DNA of 64,000 nucleotides from a virus (Duplodnaviria; Heunggongvirae; Uroviricota; Caudoviricetes): IMG/VR virus record IMGVR_UViG_3300005512_005684, positions 103,003 to 167,002 of that record; one strand, 5' to 3'. Shown piece by piece: positions 62,672 to 64,000 of this stretch (position 1 is its first letter; each line of letters starts with the position of its first letter). The notes under the pieces were generated by a model. It saw only the letters and a program-made list of their open reading frames with translations, ran no database searches and was not told where the DNA came from. The position numbers and the translations under genes were made by a program.

Positions 62672-63781
62672 ATGAATCGACACAAGTACATGGAAGTGAA
62701 CGGTCTTTTTGCGACGATCAATACCCCCGAGGCTCTGAGGGGAGATTTGTTGTACGGTCTTCCCGATTACGATCCGGTTCGCGCGTTCAATGTGGATCGG
62801 TATCCGGGGTGCCCGGACAACTGGATGCACGGAAGCAGTATCGCGACTTCGTACTTCCTGGGTCTGCAAGCGGGCCGGGGAATGTGGTTCGACTTTACAG
62901 CGAACGAGAAACACACCCACCACGTCGCGGTGGTGATCAGCGTTCAAGGAGTCAATCCGGTTACGAATGAGCCGATGACGAAGTTGAACCTGAAGAAAAT
63001 TAGGGACAAATGTCCGCGTCACGAGATCGAGTTCCAAGGTAATCGCTTTTGTCCACACGAAGAGTGTGGGTATGAATGGCCTGCACAGAACTACCTCGCG
63101 ACGACGACAGGTGAGTGTCTTTGGCTTGATGGCTTCCGTGGCGCGAAGGGGGAGGTCGCTCAGTACATCATCACTGCGGAGGAACTGAGAGGGGTCGCGG
63201 CTCAGGTGATCGGTGACGACCGGGTGTACGCCATCGGTTTCGCTTTCTATCTCAGTGTGAACCCGAAGCCGGAACCACCTGCACCGAAGATTCGACGGAC
63301 AGTGAAGTCGTCGGGATACTCGAAGGGAATGACGAAGAGTGCCGGTGTCTCGTGGGGTTTGCTCAGTGGCATGGACACCAGTTTCACAACTTCACTGTCT
63401 GACAGAGGATCCAAGAGTGTTCGTACACGTGGTCTTTCGGGTCCAGGTGAGATGCTCGCGCGTGGTGAAGTGGAACGACATATTACAGCCTCTCCGGCTT
63501 CGGCAGAGGGAGGGGAAGATGTGTTGTTCATGGAGAGTGCCGGTGACGAGACATCGGACGACTGCGAGGTCGAGACCAAGCTCGAAGTCGGGGGAGGTGC
63601 TCGGATCAAGCAAAAGATCGGGGTCGATCCCGAAAAGATCGGTTTCTGGCAAAATGAACCGGCTGGCCTGATCTACGTGAACTACGTTACGCCGAAGGAA
63701 GAACAGAGGATTCGTGAGACCGGGCAAGTTGGTGAAGCTCGTGACGGCGCGTTGAAAGGACTGCGGATTGGGAATCCGTAA
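62672..63781 (+). CDS. 369-aa hypothetical protein
   Basis: GGGAGATACGAGACC ATG; upstream GC-rich hairpin (GCGAGGGG...CCCCTCGC). Confidence 0.35.
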   Translation: MNRHKYMEVNGLFATINTPEALRGDLLYGLPDYDPVRAFNVDRYPGCPDNWMHGSSIATSYFLGLQAGRGMWFDFTANEKHTHHVAVVISVQGVNPVTNEPMTKLNLKKIRDKCPRHEIEFQGNRFCPHEECGYEWPAQNYLATTTGECLWLDGFRGAKGEVAQYIITAEELRGVAAQVIGDDRVYAIGFAFYLSVNPKPEPPAPKIRRTVKSSGYSKGMTKSAGVSWGLLSGMDTSFTTSLSDRGSKSVRTRGLSGPGEMLARGEVERHITASPASAEGGEDVLFMESAGDETSDDCEVETKLEVGGGARIKQKIGVDPEKIGFWQNEPAGLIYVNYVTPKEEQRIRETGQVGEARDGALKGLRIGNP

Positions 63782-63864
63782 TAGTTTGACAGGAGGAATC
63801 TCGGGGCCGTGTTTGGTGCTCCCGGACACGTGCCCCGAGGATTCGTTTACTGAGGGTTATTGGT

Positions 63865-64000
63865 ATGACACGGGAAGAAAGAAAAAGACTAAACGAGTGG
63901 ATGATTCGGTGTGAGCGCCTGCAAATGGTGGGTCTCAATGTCCATTCATTTGATCCGGGACTGGAAGGCTATTTCCGTGGGTCTCGGGTAAGTCTGGACG
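63865..64000 (+). CDS. 5' end of a further gene (truncated by window edge)
   Basis: GAGGGT RBS, ATG; MTREERKRLNEWMIRCERLQ. Confidence 0.25.
   Translation, partial: MTREERKRLNEWMIRCERLQMVGLNVHSFDPGLEGYFRGSRVSLD

Noticed and set aside
63800-63839. GC-rich imperfect 13-bp hairpin after gene 62672-63781 as a terminator
   Set aside because: There is no downstream U-tract (followed by GATTCGTTTACTGAGGG). It may be a regulatory stem-loop or an RNase site rather than an intrinsic terminator. It is noted only, not called.
1-64000. CRISPR array, integrase/transposase, or IS element
   Set aside because: No regularly spaced direct repeats were found, and no ORF has DDE/HUH/tyrosine-recombinase motifs recognisable by eye.

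Overview
The window is a gene-dense array of about 95 ORFs, almost all on the + strand, with tight start/stop overlaps (ATGA, TAATG, GTGA) and Shine-Dalgarno-like sequences upstream of most starts. It reads like an early or accessory arm of a large (possibly jumbo) bacteriophage or phage-like element; no capsid, tail, terminase or replication core gene is recognisable.

Motif-supported products include:
- a ParB/Srx-fold nuclease-like domain protein
- two radical-SAM-like proteins
- an SNase-like nuclease
- a HAD 5'-nucleotidase-like protein
- two class I SAM methyltransferases
- a beta-class DNA MTase-like protein
- a CE4 polysaccharide deacetylase
- two glycosyltransferase-like proteins
- a NADAR-domain protein
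- a NUDIX ADP-ribose pyrophosphatase
- an RNase H1
- an RHH regulator
- a J-domain membrane protein
- a GHKL ATPase
- an SPFH/band-7 protein, the only convincing minus-strand gene
- two HExxH zincin-like proteins

Three things stand out:
- At least 10 paralogous proteins carry a PARP / diphtheria-toxin-like ADP-ribosyltransferase signature (YHGT-x8-ILSQGLIPDPK ... FxGIYLT).
- About 25 proteins begin with one of three conserved N-terminal leader motifs, conserved at protein level but not nucleotide level.
- A terminator-delimited three-gene cassette (GHKL ATPase, a 1042-aa protein with phosphoesterase-like GNHE motif, and a small Cx3Cx2C radical SAM) lies convergent with the SPFH gene.

All functional calls rest on motif recognition by eye and need profile searches to confirm.
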